This document shows, in pieces, positions 19,122 to 27,118 of a DNA stretch of 64,000 nucleotides. The stretch comes from Usitatibacter sp. (GTDB lineage: Bacteria > Pseudomonadota > Gammaproteobacteria > Burkholderiales > Usitatibacteraceae). Where the stretch lies: the NCBI GenBank assembly GCA_035626705.1, contig DASPNE010000005.1, positions 45,929-109,928 of the forward strand, in the 5' to 3' direction. How positions within the stretch are numbered: the first letter of the stretch is position 1; each line of letters begins with the position of its first letter. The translations under genes were made by a program, and so were the position numbers. The notes beneath the pieces were generated by a model. It saw nothing but the letters and a program-made list of their open reading frames with translations, ran no database searches and was not told the origin of the DNA.

Positions 19122-19823
19122 GTGGATTCCATCCGGCGCTTCATCGGCCTGCTCGAGGCCGGCCCCACCGACTGTCCCTGCGTGTTCAATCCCTGGCGCG
19201 ACCATGACGAGCGCGACCTTGCGCCTCGCCGCGATGCGCCGCGCAAGCGTCGCGACAACATGGCGGCGTACCTGGAGATGCGCACGAGCAGTGCCCGCGC
19301 GATGCTGCTGGGCGAGGCGCCCAGCCACCGCGGCTGCCGCTTCAGCGGCATCGCTTTCTGCTCCGAAGTCGAGCTGCGGCAGAAGGCCGACCTGGTCGCG
19401 CGCCGCCCGCTCGCGCTCACGAGCGCCGCTTCCGCGAGCAAGCCCATGCGCGAGCGCAGCGCCGCCGTCGTCTGGGATGAGCTCGACCGCGCGGGCTGCG
19501 CGCACCGGGTAGTCCTCTGGAACGCGTTCCCGTGGCATCCGTACCGGGACGCGGAACGTGCCTCGGCAAGCGACGGACCGTGCGGTCCCTCGAGCAATCG
19601 CAAGCCGCGGCGCACCGAGGTCGAGCAGGGCCGCGATGCGCTCGCCGCGATGCGGGCCTGCTTCACGCACGAGCTACGCATCTACGCCATCGGCAAGGTG
19701 GCCGAAGAAGCGCTCGCGCGCTGGGCCGAGGCGCCCTGCGCCGGATACATCCGCCACCCCGCCCAGGGCGGGGAATCCCGCTTCCGCGAGGGCTTTCGCA
19801 GCGAAGTCCTCGCCCATCTCTGA
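19122..19823 (+). CDS. Uracil-DNA glycosylase superfamily protein
   Basis: 233 aa. VFNPWRD, LLGEAPSHRGCRFSGIAF (a GE-A/G-P motif-A-like stretch) and IRHPAQGG (an HPS-type motif B). Family-level call only. Confidence 0.6.
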   Translation: MDSIRRFIGLLEAGPTDCPCVFNPWRDHDERDLAPRRDAPRKRRDNMAAYLEMRTSSARAMLLGEAPSHRGCRFSGIAFCSEVELRQKADLVARRPLALTSAASASKPMRERSAAVVWDELDRAGCAHRVVLWNAFPWHPYRDAERASASDGPCGPSSNRKPRRTEVEQGRDALAAMRACFTHELRIYAIGKVAEEALARWAEAPCAGYIRHPAQGGESRFREGFRSEVLAHL

Positions 19824-19831
19824 ACGACGCC

Positions 19832-20947
19832 ATGCTCCAGGACATCGATACCCCGGCGCTGCTGCTCGACGAGGCCAAGGTGAAGCGCAACTGCGAGCGC
19901 ATGCGCAGCCGCGTCCAGTCGCAAGGCGCGACGCTGCGGCCGCATGTGAAGACCGCCAAGAACGTCGAGGTGGCGCAACTCGCCCTCGGCGCGGAAACCG
20001 GCCCGATCACCGTATCCACCGTGCGGGAGGCCGAATACTTCTTCGACCATGGCTTTCGCGACATCCTCTACGCCGTCGGCATCGTGCCCGGGAAGGTGCG
20101 GCGGCTCGCGCGGCTCGCGGCCCGCGGCGCGCGCGTGACGGTGATCGTGGACAGCGTCGAGGGCGCCCGTGCCTTGCGCGAGTCGGCCTCGTTGCAGCAG
20201 GCGCCGCTGCGCGCGTTGATCGAGATCGACAGCGACGGGCACCGGGCGGGAATCCGGCCGGGCGAGGGGGCGCTCTTCCAGGTCGCCGAGGTCCTCGGTC
20301 CCGCGCTCGACGGCGTCATGACGCACGCGGGCGATTCGTACAACTGCGCATCGGTCGATGAGATCCGCGAGGTGGCCGAGCGCGAGCGGCGCTCGGTGGT
20401 CGAGAGCGCCGGCGCATTGCGCGCGCGTGGTTTCGCCTCGCCGGTGGTCAGCGTGGGCTCGACGCCGACGGCCACGTTCGCGCTTTCGTTCGCCGGGGTG
20501 AGCGAGGTGCGGGCGGGCGTCCACGTCTTCCACGACCTGGTCATGGCGGGCCTGGGTGTCTGCGCCCTCGACGACATCGCCGTGTCGGTCCTGGCGAGCG
20601 TGATCGGCCACCAGCGCGAGAAGGGCTGGATCCTGACCGACGCCGGCTGGATGGCGCTTTCGCGCGACCGTGGGACTGCGAAGCAGAAAATCGATCAGGG
20701 CTACGGATTGGTGTGCGACGCCGACTGCCGGCCCCTCGAAGAGCTGGTCACGATCGATGCCAACCAGGAGCACGGCATCGTCGCGCGCCGCGACGGCGGC
20801 CCGATCGATTTCGCGCGTTATCCGGTGGGCTCGCTCCTGCGCATCCTGCCCAACCATGCCTGCGCGACTGCCGCCCAGCACGCGGAGTACCACGTGATCC
20901 GCGATGGCGAAATGGTCGCGACGTGGGAGCGCTTCGGCGGCTGGTGA
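19832..20947 (+). CDS. DSD1/D-threonine-aldolase-like PLP enzyme (alanine-racemase N-terminal fold + D-serine-dehydratase-like C domain)
   Basis: ATG 19832. DTPALLLDEAKVKRNCERM...LRPHVKTAK (PLP lysine)...EHGIV...LRILPNHACATAAQH. 371 aa. Confidence 0.8.
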   Translation: MLQDIDTPALLLDEAKVKRNCERMRSRVQSQGATLRPHVKTAKNVEVAQLALGAETGPITVSTVREAEYFFDHGFRDILYAVGIVPGKVRRLARLAARGARVTVIVDSVEGARALRESASLQQAPLRALIEIDSDGHRAGIRPGEGALFQVAEVLGPALDGVMTHAGDSYNCASVDEIREVAERERRSVVESAGALRARGFASPVVSVGSTPTATFALSFAGVSEVRAGVHVFHDLVMAGLGVCALDDIAVSVLASVIGHQREKGWILTDAGWMALSRDRGTAKQKIDQGYGLVCDADCRPLEELVTIDANQEHGIVARRDGGPIDFARYPVGSLLRILPNHACATAAQHAEYHVIRDGEMVATWERFGGW

Positions 20948-21126
20948 TCGCTCGTTGCCGCGCGGGGTGGCGGCGTCAATATTTTCCTCCCGGGCGAAAA
21001 CCTTTCCGTTTCGGCGCGGCTGCGCGAGCTTTGTGTAGGCGCGCGCAGAGCGTGAGCGCTCGCCAATCCCATGGGCACGCACATTGCTGTGCGTCTTGCT
21101 CGTTCCACAACCGAAGGTGAAATCCC

Positions 21127-21621
21127 ATGCCTGAGAAAGCCACGAAGCAACGCGCGCAGCGCGCGAAGCGACAGGGCAAGTCGGCCAGCACGCAGGCGGG
21201 CGAGTTCGTCCGCGAGGAGATGCACCACATCCGCGAAGGCAAGCACGGCGCCAAGAGCGCCAAGCAGGCGATCGCGATCGGGCTCAACAAGGCGCGTCGC
21301 TCGGGCGTCGACCTGAAGGCGAAGGGCAAGTCTGCCGAGAAACCCGCGCGCTCGGCCAAGCGCAAGGCCGCCAGCCGCTCGACCAAGGCTTCCGGCGCCC
21401 GCGCCCCGGCGCGCCGCAGCGCCTCGGCGCGCAGCGGCACCGGCAGCTCCCCACGCCGGGCCGCCGCCGCGAAGCGCGCCCTCAAGCGCCAGCCTCGCCG
21501 CGCCGCCTCGCATCGCGCGCTCTCGCGGCAGGCCCGCTCCGCCGCCGGCAGCCGTACCCGCGCCCAGCGCTCGGCTTCCGCCCGCAAGGCGGCCCGCACG
21601 CGCGCCCGCACGGCTCGCTGA
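21127..21621 (+). CDS. DUF6496-like small basic protein with histone-H1-like Ala/Arg/Lys tail
   Basis: 164 aa. STQAGEFVREEMHHIREGKHGAKSAKQAIAIGLNKARRSG, followed by about 100 residues of A/R/K/S low-complexity sequence. Confidence 0.7.
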   Translation: MPEKATKQRAQRAKRQGKSASTQAGEFVREEMHHIREGKHGAKSAKQAIAIGLNKARRSGVDLKAKGKSAEKPARSAKRKAASRSTKASGARAPARRSASARSGTGSSPRRAAAAKRALKRQPRRAASHRALSRQARSAAGSRTRAQRSASARKAARTRARTAR

Positions 21622-21670
21622 AACCCGGGACGGACCTGGAATTCGCCAATTCCAGGTCCGTCCCGGGTTT
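21621..21670. terminator. Perfect 23-bp-stem hairpin immediately after the DUF6496 stop
   Basis: AAACCCGGGACGGACCTGGAATT-CGCC-AATTCCAGGTCCGTCCCGGGTTT. No clear T-run follows, so its function as an intrinsic terminator is plausible but not certain. Confidence 0.55.
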
Positions 21671-21700
21671 CCAGGTTTCACAAACGTAACCCTCCTCGCC

Positions 21701-23062
21701 TTGCCGCCGGCCGGCTTGCCGGTTAAGTTGGCGGCAAAACAAGGAGGGTTTCCCATTTCAGCGCCGTCTGCATTTTCGGGAGGGCTCGCCCAGCGGTTCG
21801 AGTTCGTGCGTCCCCTCGGCCAGGGCGGGATGGCCGAGGTGTACCTGGTCGTCGATCGGTTCCACCAGCGGCAGGTGGCGCTCAAGGTGGTGCGCACCGC
21901 CGGGGCGCCGAGCGAGGAGCGGGTACAGCTCGAGCACCTCTGGGTGAACGAGATGCGCCTCGCCGGCCGGCTCAAGCATCCGTACATCCTCGAAGTCTAT
22001 GAAGCGGGCACCGACGAGGACCGCAGCTTCCTCGTGATGGAGCTCGTGAGCGGCGGCACGCTCAAGGCGCACACGCGCCAGGGCAACCTGCTCGAGATGC
22101 CGAAGGTGGCCGACGTCGTCTTCAAGGTGTGCCACGCGCTCGAGTACGCGAATACCCAGGGACTGCTGCATCGCGACGTGAAGCCCGACAACGTGCTCCT
22201 GGCCGAGGACGGCACGCCCAAGGTGAGCGACTTCGGCGCCTCCTACCTCACGACCAGCGACGCGACCCAGGTCATCGGGGTGGGCACGCTGCCCTTCATG
22301 CCGCCCGAGCATTTCGAAGGTGCGGAGCCCAACGTGCAGCACGACATCTACGCCACGGGCGTGATGATGTACAACCTGCTCACGGGCGCCTACCCCCACC
22401 GGGGCGATTCTCAGGCGACGATGATCTTCGAGAAGCTGCACGGCGCGCCGGTCCCGCTCGAGTCGCGCCGCCAGAACGTGCCGGCTGCCCTGCGCGATGT
22501 GGTCGAGCTCGCGATGCATCGCGATCCGCGGCAGCGCTTCGCCTCCTGGCAGGCCTTCCGCGATGCCCTTTCGGGGGCGTTCCCCGACCTGGGCGAGACC
22601 GAAGGCGTGGGCGAGAGCGCGCGCTTCGAGATCATGCGGCGCGTGCCTTTCTTCCAGCATTTCTCGGAGACCGAGCTCTGGGAGGCGGTGCGCATCGGCG
22701 TCGTGCACGAGCTCCCCGCGCGACACGAGGTCATCACCGAAGGCACCGAAGACACCACCGTCTTCGTCGTCGAGGCGGGCGAGCTCGAGGTGGTGCGCAA
22801 GGGCGTGCGCATCGGTCGCGTGCCCACCGGCGAGTCTTTCGGCGAGATCGCCTACATCGAGGGCACCGAGCGGCCGCGCTCGGCCAGCGTGCGCACGGTG
22901 ACCCCCGCGGTCGTCACGACCTTCGCACCGGCGGCCTTGCGCGAGGCTTCGCAGTCCCTGCAGGTTGCCTTCGGGCGCGCCATGGTGCGCCAGCTGGTCA
23001 AGCGGCTCTTCGATTCCAACGACCGCCTGGTCGCCGCGATGAAGGTGCGGACCTCGGTGTAG
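21701..23062 (+). CDS. Ser/Thr protein kinase with C-terminal cyclic-nucleotide-binding domain
   Basis: Kinase: LGQGGMAEVY, ALKVV, HRDVKPDNVLL, SDFGAS, MPPEHF. cNMP domain: VPFFQHFSETELWE...GESFGEIAYIEG..RSASVRT. The start is uncertain: TTG 21701, or an in-frame ATT 21755 that sits 6 nt after AAGGAGGG. Confidence 0.85.
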   Translation: MPPAGLPVKLAAKQGGFPISAPSAFSGGLAQRFEFVRPLGQGGMAEVYLVVDRFHQRQVALKVVRTAGAPSEERVQLEHLWVNEMRLAGRLKHPYILEVYEAGTDEDRSFLVMELVSGGTLKAHTRQGNLLEMPKVADVVFKVCHALEYANTQGLLHRDVKPDNVLLAEDGTPKVSDFGASYLTTSDATQVIGVGTLPFMPPEHFEGAEPNVQHDIYATGVMMYNLLTGAYPHRGDSQATMIFEKLHGAPVPLESRRQNVPAALRDVVELAMHRDPRQRFASWQAFRDALSGAFPDLGETEGVGESARFEIMRRVPFFQHFSETELWEAVRIGVVHELPARHEVITEGTEDTTVFVVEAGELEVVRKGVRIGRVPTGESFGEIAYIEGTERPRSASVRTVTPAVVTTFAPAALREASQSLQVAFGRAMVRQLVKRLFDSNDRLVAAMKVRTSV

Positions 23063-23080
23063 GCAAGGCGGGTGCCCAAT

Positions 23081-24037
23081 CTAGTCCTGCTTGATCCCCG
23101 CCGCCTTCACCACCTCGCCGTACTTGCGCAAGTCGGTGGTGATCTGGGCGGCGAGCTCCTCGGGCGTTCCGGGCGTGGCGACGATTCCCAGCGAGGCGAG
23201 CTTCTCCACGATCGCGGGCTCGCGCAGCACGGCGTTGAGCTCCTTGTTGAGCTTCTCGACCACAGCGCGTGGTGTCTTCGCCGGCGCGAGGATCGCCACC
23301 CACGAGCTTGCGGCGAGGTCGGGAATGCCGGCTTCCATGAACGTAGGCACTTCGGGCAGCGAGGGCGTGCGCTTCTCGGAGGACACCGCGATCGGCACGA
23401 GCCGACCTGCCTTGATGTGCGACATGGCGCCCGCCACCGCCGTGAACACCAGCGGAATGTTGCCGCCGAGCGCATCGGTCATCGCCTGCCCGCCGCCCTT
23501 GTACGGCACGTGCGTGAGATTGGCGCCCGTCTTCTGCCGCAGCAACTCGCCCACGATATGCGGCGTGCCGCCCACGCCGGAGCTGCCGTAGGAAACACCT
23601 CCAGGCTGCGTCTTCGAGTGCGCGATCAGCTGCGGCAGGGACTTGGCGGGAAAGGAGGGGTGCGCCACGACGATCAGCGTGGCATCGCCGATCTTGCCCA
23701 CGGGCGCCAGGTCCTTCTGCACGTCGATGGGGAAGTTCTTGAACACGTGCGGGTTGATGACGAGCGTGCCATCGAAGCCCAGCACGAGCGTGTAGCCGTC
23801 TGGCGCCGCGCCGGCCACCTGTTGCGTGCCGATGTTGCCCGAGGCGCCCGCCTTGTTCTCCACCACGATGGACTGGCGCAGCCGGCGCGCAAGCGCCTCG
23901 GCGACCACGCGCCCGCTCGTGTCGGTCACGCCCCCGGGCGCAAACGGCACCACGAGCCGGATCGGCTTCTCGGGATATTCGGCGCGCGCCGCAAGCGCGA
24001 GAACGAACAGCAGGGCAGTGGCGAGCAGCTTCTTCAT
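23081..24037 (-). CDS. Bug-family (TctC-like) tripartite tricarboxylate transporter substrate-binding protein
   Basis: Start at MKKLLATALLFVLALAARA (ATG 24037). EYPEKPIRLVVPFAPGGVTDTSGRVVAEAL...VENKAGASGNIG...PDGYTL is the Bug-family signature. Confidence 0.9.
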   Translation of the reverse strand: MKKLLATALLFVLALAARAEYPEKPIRLVVPFAPGGVTDTSGRVVAEALARRLRQSIVVENKAGASGNIGTQQVAGAAPDGYTLVLGFDGTLVINPHVFKNFPIDVQKDLAPVGKIGDATLIVVAHPSFPAKSLPQLIAHSKTQPGGVSYGSSGVGGTPHIVGELLRQKTGANLTHVPYKGGGQAMTDALGGNIPLVFTAVAGAMSHIKAGRLVPIAVSSEKRTPSLPEVPTFMEAGIPDLAASSWVAILAPAKTPRAVVEKLNKELNAVLREPAIVEKLASLGIVATPGTPEELAAQITTDLRKYGEVVKAAGIKQD

Positions 24038-24166
24038 GGCTTCTTCCTCTTGTGATCGTGGCGGGCCTACGCTGTACGCAGCGAGCATCGCCGCCTGCGC
24101 GACTTCGCGCAAGCCCCTCCGGAGCGTCGCGATAAGAGGGAAAAACCGTTATAATTCCTGTTCTTC

Positions 24167-24243
24167 GCGCCCGTAGCTCAGTTGGATAGAGTACCTGGCT
24201 ACGAACCAGGGGGTCGTGGGTTCAAATCCTGCCGGGCGCGCCA
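24167..24243 (+). tRNA. tRNA-Arg (anticodon ACG), CCA encoded; integration target of the island
   Basis: Manual fold: acceptor GCGCCCG/CGGGCGC, D-arm GCTC..GAGT, anticodon arm CCTGG-CTACGAA-CCAGG, T-arm GTGGG-TTCAAAT-CCTGC (two G-U pairs). TATAAT at 24150-24155. Confidence 0.92.
24199..24243 (+). repeat. attL core: 3' 45 nt of tRNA-Arg (anticodon loop to CCA)
   Basis: CTACGAACCAGGGGGTCGTGGGTTCAAATCCTGCCGGGCGCGCCA, identical to 37346-37390. Confidence 0.9.
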
Positions 24244-24254
24244 AATTCAAATAG

Positions 24255-24279
24255 TTAAGGCCAGCTTCGCTGGCCTTAA
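24255..24279. terminator. Hairpin between tRNA-Arg and the integrase 3' end
   Basis: TTAAGGCCAGC-TTC-GCTGGCCTTAA. On the minus strand it is followed by a T-rich tract (CTATTTGAATTT), so it probably terminates int. Confidence 0.5.
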
Positions 24280-24325
24280 TCGCTTCTGCGGGACCCTTGC
24301 GGGACCCGTTGTCCACAGCGCCCAG

Positions 24326-25441
24326 TCAAGCATTCGCCACCCGTAGAACGGTACACGTTCCCGGGCGCCTCAAGACGAGGTTCGCCTGCGAGATCAGTCG
24401 CCCGATATCGGCGCTCGCGTAGTGACCCGCCATCGAGCGGCTTGCGTGGCCGAGCAACACTTCCCGGTCCTCCCTAGAGACCCCTGCGGCGCGCAGCCGC
24501 GCTCCAAATGTGTGTCTCAGATCGTGAACTCGCACCCGCGAAAAATCTCGAGGCGCATCGAGTCCGAATTCGCCTTTCCAGGCGGCGGCTGCCACTTTGC
24601 GGGCATTCTTCCATGCGGTGTTGTTCATCTTCCCGACGGGCTTTCCTCGATACGGAAAGACCCAAACCTTGTCCTTGTCGCGCTGGGCCTGGACGATCGA
24701 CCAAGCGACGTCGTTTAGGACCGCGACATGCGCGCGCTTGGTCTTGTAAGCCTCCGCTGGAATCACGAATACGCTGCGGCCTACTTCCGGCACGAACACT
24801 TCCCAACTCCATCGGAGGGAGCAGACATTGCCCGCGCGTAAGCCCGTGTTGACAGCGAAGAGGGCCATCCGCGCCAGATGAGCCGGAAGTCGGGGGAACA
24901 AGCGGTCCTGTTCTTCCCATGTGATCGGGTAGGGTGGCCGACGGCTTTCGGGAAGGAGGGTTATTTGCGGTGGCACACAGTCGAGCCATGGCTTGCCTTC
25001 GTCATCGCGATAGACGCGCGCCGCCCGGTTGAGGATGGTCCGGACGACCTTCAATCCGTGGTTGATGGTTGTGGGGCTTACGCCTACGGACAGCCGGTCC
25101 GCTACGAACGCTCGGAGCGTACCGTCGTGGACCAGCCTGGGTTCGAGCGTCCCGACGTAGGAGAGTAGTTGCCGCACGTGCCTCGCACTGTCCGAGACTC
25201 TTCGCTTCCCACGGGAGTCGAAAAGGTATTGAGCTGCGCAATCCGAAAACCGTGGGCGTCTATTTGCCTTTTCGTAAAGCTCAGCCTCGACCCTAGCGAT
25301 CTCCTGATGCAGCCGGTCCTCCGCTTCTTGATCGCTAACGGCGCCGAGACGCGCAAAGATTCGAACACCTCGATGCTCCTTGTCGATGATCCGGTGACCG
25401 GCCGAGTTGAGAGTGATACCGGGGGTTCGTGTGGCGGTCAT
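24326..25441 (-). CDS. int: Tyrosine-type site-specific integrase
   Basis: 371 aa. The catalytic region has ...TGLRAGNVCSLRW..., HDLRHTFGARLRAAGVS, LLGHASRSMAGHYA (R..HxxR..H..Y). Sits adjacent to the tRNA att site. Confidence 0.93.
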   Translation of the reverse strand: MTATRTPGITLNSAGHRIIDKEHRGVRIFARLGAVSDQEAEDRLHQEIARVEAELYEKANRRPRFSDCAAQYLFDSRGKRRVSDSARHVRQLLSYVGTLEPRLVHDGTLRAFVADRLSVGVSPTTINHGLKVVRTILNRAARVYRDDEGKPWLDCVPPQITLLPESRRPPYPITWEEQDRLFPRLPAHLARMALFAVNTGLRAGNVCSLRWSWEVFVPEVGRSVFVIPAEAYKTKRAHVAVLNDVAWSIVQAQRDKDKVWVFPYRGKPVGKMNNTAWKNARKVAAAAWKGEFGLDAPRDFSRVRVHDLRHTFGARLRAAGVSREDREVLLGHASRSMAGHYASADIGRLISQANLVLRRPGTCTVLRVANA

Positions 25442-25468
25442 GCTCTAGCCCTCTACGAAGAAGAAGCC

Positions 25469-25497
25469 TTGAGAGTATGTATAAAATTTGATACAAT
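25469..25497 (+). promoter_or_regulatory. Near-consensus sigma70-type promoter for the toxin-antitoxin pair
   Basis: TTGAGA (25469-25474), 17 nt, TACAAT (25492-25497). The toxin ATG at 25506 is only 8 nt after the -10, which implies a leaderless or near-leaderless mRNA. Confidence 0.55.
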
Positions 25498-25505
25498 GAC
25501 GGCAG

Positions 25506-25844
25506 ATGGATAAGCCAATCGACTGGCGAGGTTCGTCACTCGATGATCTGCGCGAGTTTCCCGAAGAGGCTCGTAAGCAGGCGGGTCATGACCTTCGGAA
25601 GCTGCAGCGCGGCCAGGCTCCAGATGACTGGCGGTCGTTTCCCGAGGTCGGGCCTGGTGCGAACGAGATCCGCATCGATTGCGCGGATGGCTGGTTCAGG
25701 GTCATGTACGTGGCAAAGTTTGAAGAGGCCATTTACGTCCTTCACAGCTTTCAGAAGGCGACACGAAAGACGAGCAAGAAGGACGTTCAGATTGCAGAAA
25801 CCCGCTATCGCGCGGTTCTGCGTGAAAGGAAGGAGCGGAAATGA
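25506..25844 (+). CDS. RelE/ParE-superfamily toxin, phage Gp49/HigB-like
   Basis: 112 aa. WRGSSLDDLREFPEEARKQAGHDLRKLQRGQAPDDWRSFPEVGPGANEIRI..FRVMYVAKFEEAIYVLHSFQKATRKTSKKDVQIAETRY matches the Gp49-type toxin pattern. Overlaps the next gene by 4 nt. Confidence 0.85.
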   Translation: MDKPIDWRGSSLDDLREFPEEARKQAGHDLRKLQRGQAPDDWRSFPEVGPGANEIRIDCADGWFRVMYVAKFEEAIYVLHSFQKATRKTSKKDVQIAETRYRAVLRERKERK

Positions 25845-26173
25845 CGATTGATACGAAATCCCGTCATCGGACGAAGGCCGACGGGAATGTCTTTTTGGAT
25901 CTTGGATTTACGCCGAAAGAGGCGAAGCGCCTCCTTAAGGAGGCTGATGCCCAGATCGACGAGTCGATTCGCCTAAAGCAGCAGCTGATGGACGAAATCG
26001 CCGTGTGGATGAAGGAAACGAGCGTGACTCAGGCAGTGGCAGCTCGAGTGCTGCAGGTGACTCGTCCTCGAGTCTCCGACGTGGTCAATCATAAGGTCGA
26101 AAAGTTTACGATCGACGCACTGGTAGGAATGTTGTCGAAGATTGGCAAGCAGGTGCGCCTTGCTGTCCAGTGA
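25841..26173 (+). CDS. XRE-family HTH antitoxin (HigA-like)
   Basis: 110 aa. ETSVTQAVAARVLQVTRPRVSDVVNHKVEKFTIDALVGMLSKIG is an HTH followed by the typical C-terminus of this antitoxin class. ATGA overlap with the toxin gene. Confidence 0.85.
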   Translation: MTIDTKSRHRTKADGNVFLDLGFTPKEAKRLLKEADAQIDESIRLKQQLMDEIAVWMKETSVTQAVAARVLQVTRPRVSDVVNHKVEKFTIDALVGMLSKIGKQVRLAVQ

Positions 26174-26208
26174 ATTGCGGCCGTGCGGCGCCTCGTGACT
26201 AGCCCCTT

Positions 26209-27090
26209 GTGCTGCTCGAACATGAGCCGTCGAACCGCGAACTTGGCGTGCTTGTAGATACCTTGGCCCCTTGGGCGGTCGGGGCAAAAGGTACGCTGCC
26301 GGAGCGCCTGACAAGTGAAGCAACAGCAGCCGGGGAGCCGGCTGCCCACGCCGCCGAACTTGTTCACCTTCTTCGTGCCCCCCTAAGCGCCGCCGAGTGC
26401 TTTCTCGACAACCTCACTGGTCTGTGGCGGTATGAATTTGGGGAGCCATTTGAAGTTGGAGCCGAGCAGGTTGTCGGCACTAACATCTGGCTCCCCGTGA
26501 ATCACTTGCTTCAAGCGCTTCAAACTGTGCATCAGCGAGTGCACGGCAATCAGCGAGAGGCTTTCCTCAATCGCTTGGCCGTAGCAGCGATGCATCGAAT
26601 AGCCCTGGCTGAGATGATTCCGGGCCGACGCACCGCCTCCGACGTACCAATGGACTTTGAGGTTGTAGGAATGGGAGCGGGAAACACCACAATCGATTGG
26701 CATGTCCGGCCAGTTGGGCAGCGTCCCGTTCTCTTGGATGTCAAGCGTAGAACTACTGATTTTCTTCAACAGATGGAGATGCATCAAGGCGGACCCGAGG
26801 TGCAACCGCCTGCGCACGACGCGGCGCTCATGTTTCGAAGTGTTGAACAGAAGTTTCGTCCAGCAGACCCAGATCAGATACTCCAGGGCGCTTGGATCGT
26901 GACCGATATCAAGCAACAAGAAGGGCGGCTCAATGACGCCTTTGCCGCACTAGATTCCGCGAAGGTACATTTCGCTGTGCTCGGCGACTGGGAGCCAGAC
27001 GGTTGCTTGCTCGTGAAACGACAGCTGGACCGCGAATACCTGTCCGCACTGTTGCGCATCGAAGCGTCAGCGCGGTTCACCTTCTCGTAG
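26209..27090 (+). CDS. Hypothetical protein (island cargo); possible PD-(D/E)xK-like motif
   Basis: 293 aa from GTG 26209 (start uncertain). No family recognised. DFEVVG...TTIDWHV-x11-VLLDVKRR (D163, D177, K179) fits a beta-strand D / (D/E)xK arrangement. Confidence 0.55.
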   Translation: MLLEHEPSNRELGVLVDTLAPWAVGAKGTLPERLTSEATAAGEPAAHAAELVHLLRAPLSAAECFLDNLTGLWRYEFGEPFEVGAEQVVGTNIWLPVNHLLQALQTVHQRVHGNQREAFLNRLAVAAMHRIALAEMIPGRRTASDVPMDFEVVGMGAGNTTIDWHVRPVGQRPVLLDVKRRTTDFLQQMEMHQGGPEVQPPAHDAALMFRSVEQKFRPADPDQILQGAWIVTDIKQQEGRLNDAFAALDSAKVHFAVLGDWEPDGCLLVKRQLDREYLSALLRIEASARFTFS

Positions 27091-27118
27091 GAAACTGTCG
27101 GGTTTGGCCTGGACTGGA

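Noticed and set aside
20818-21987. 389-aa minus-strand ORF
   Set aside because: It is antisense to the DUF6496 gene and crosses the 23-bp hairpin and the kinase start. Its Ala/Arg/Gly composition mirrors the basic tail on the other strand.
26383-26919. 178-aa minus-strand ORF inside island ORF 26209-27090
   Set aside because: Its His/Ser/Cys/Trp-rich, irregular composition looks less protein-like than the plus-strand frame. It would also leave most of 26.2-27.1 kb non-coding.
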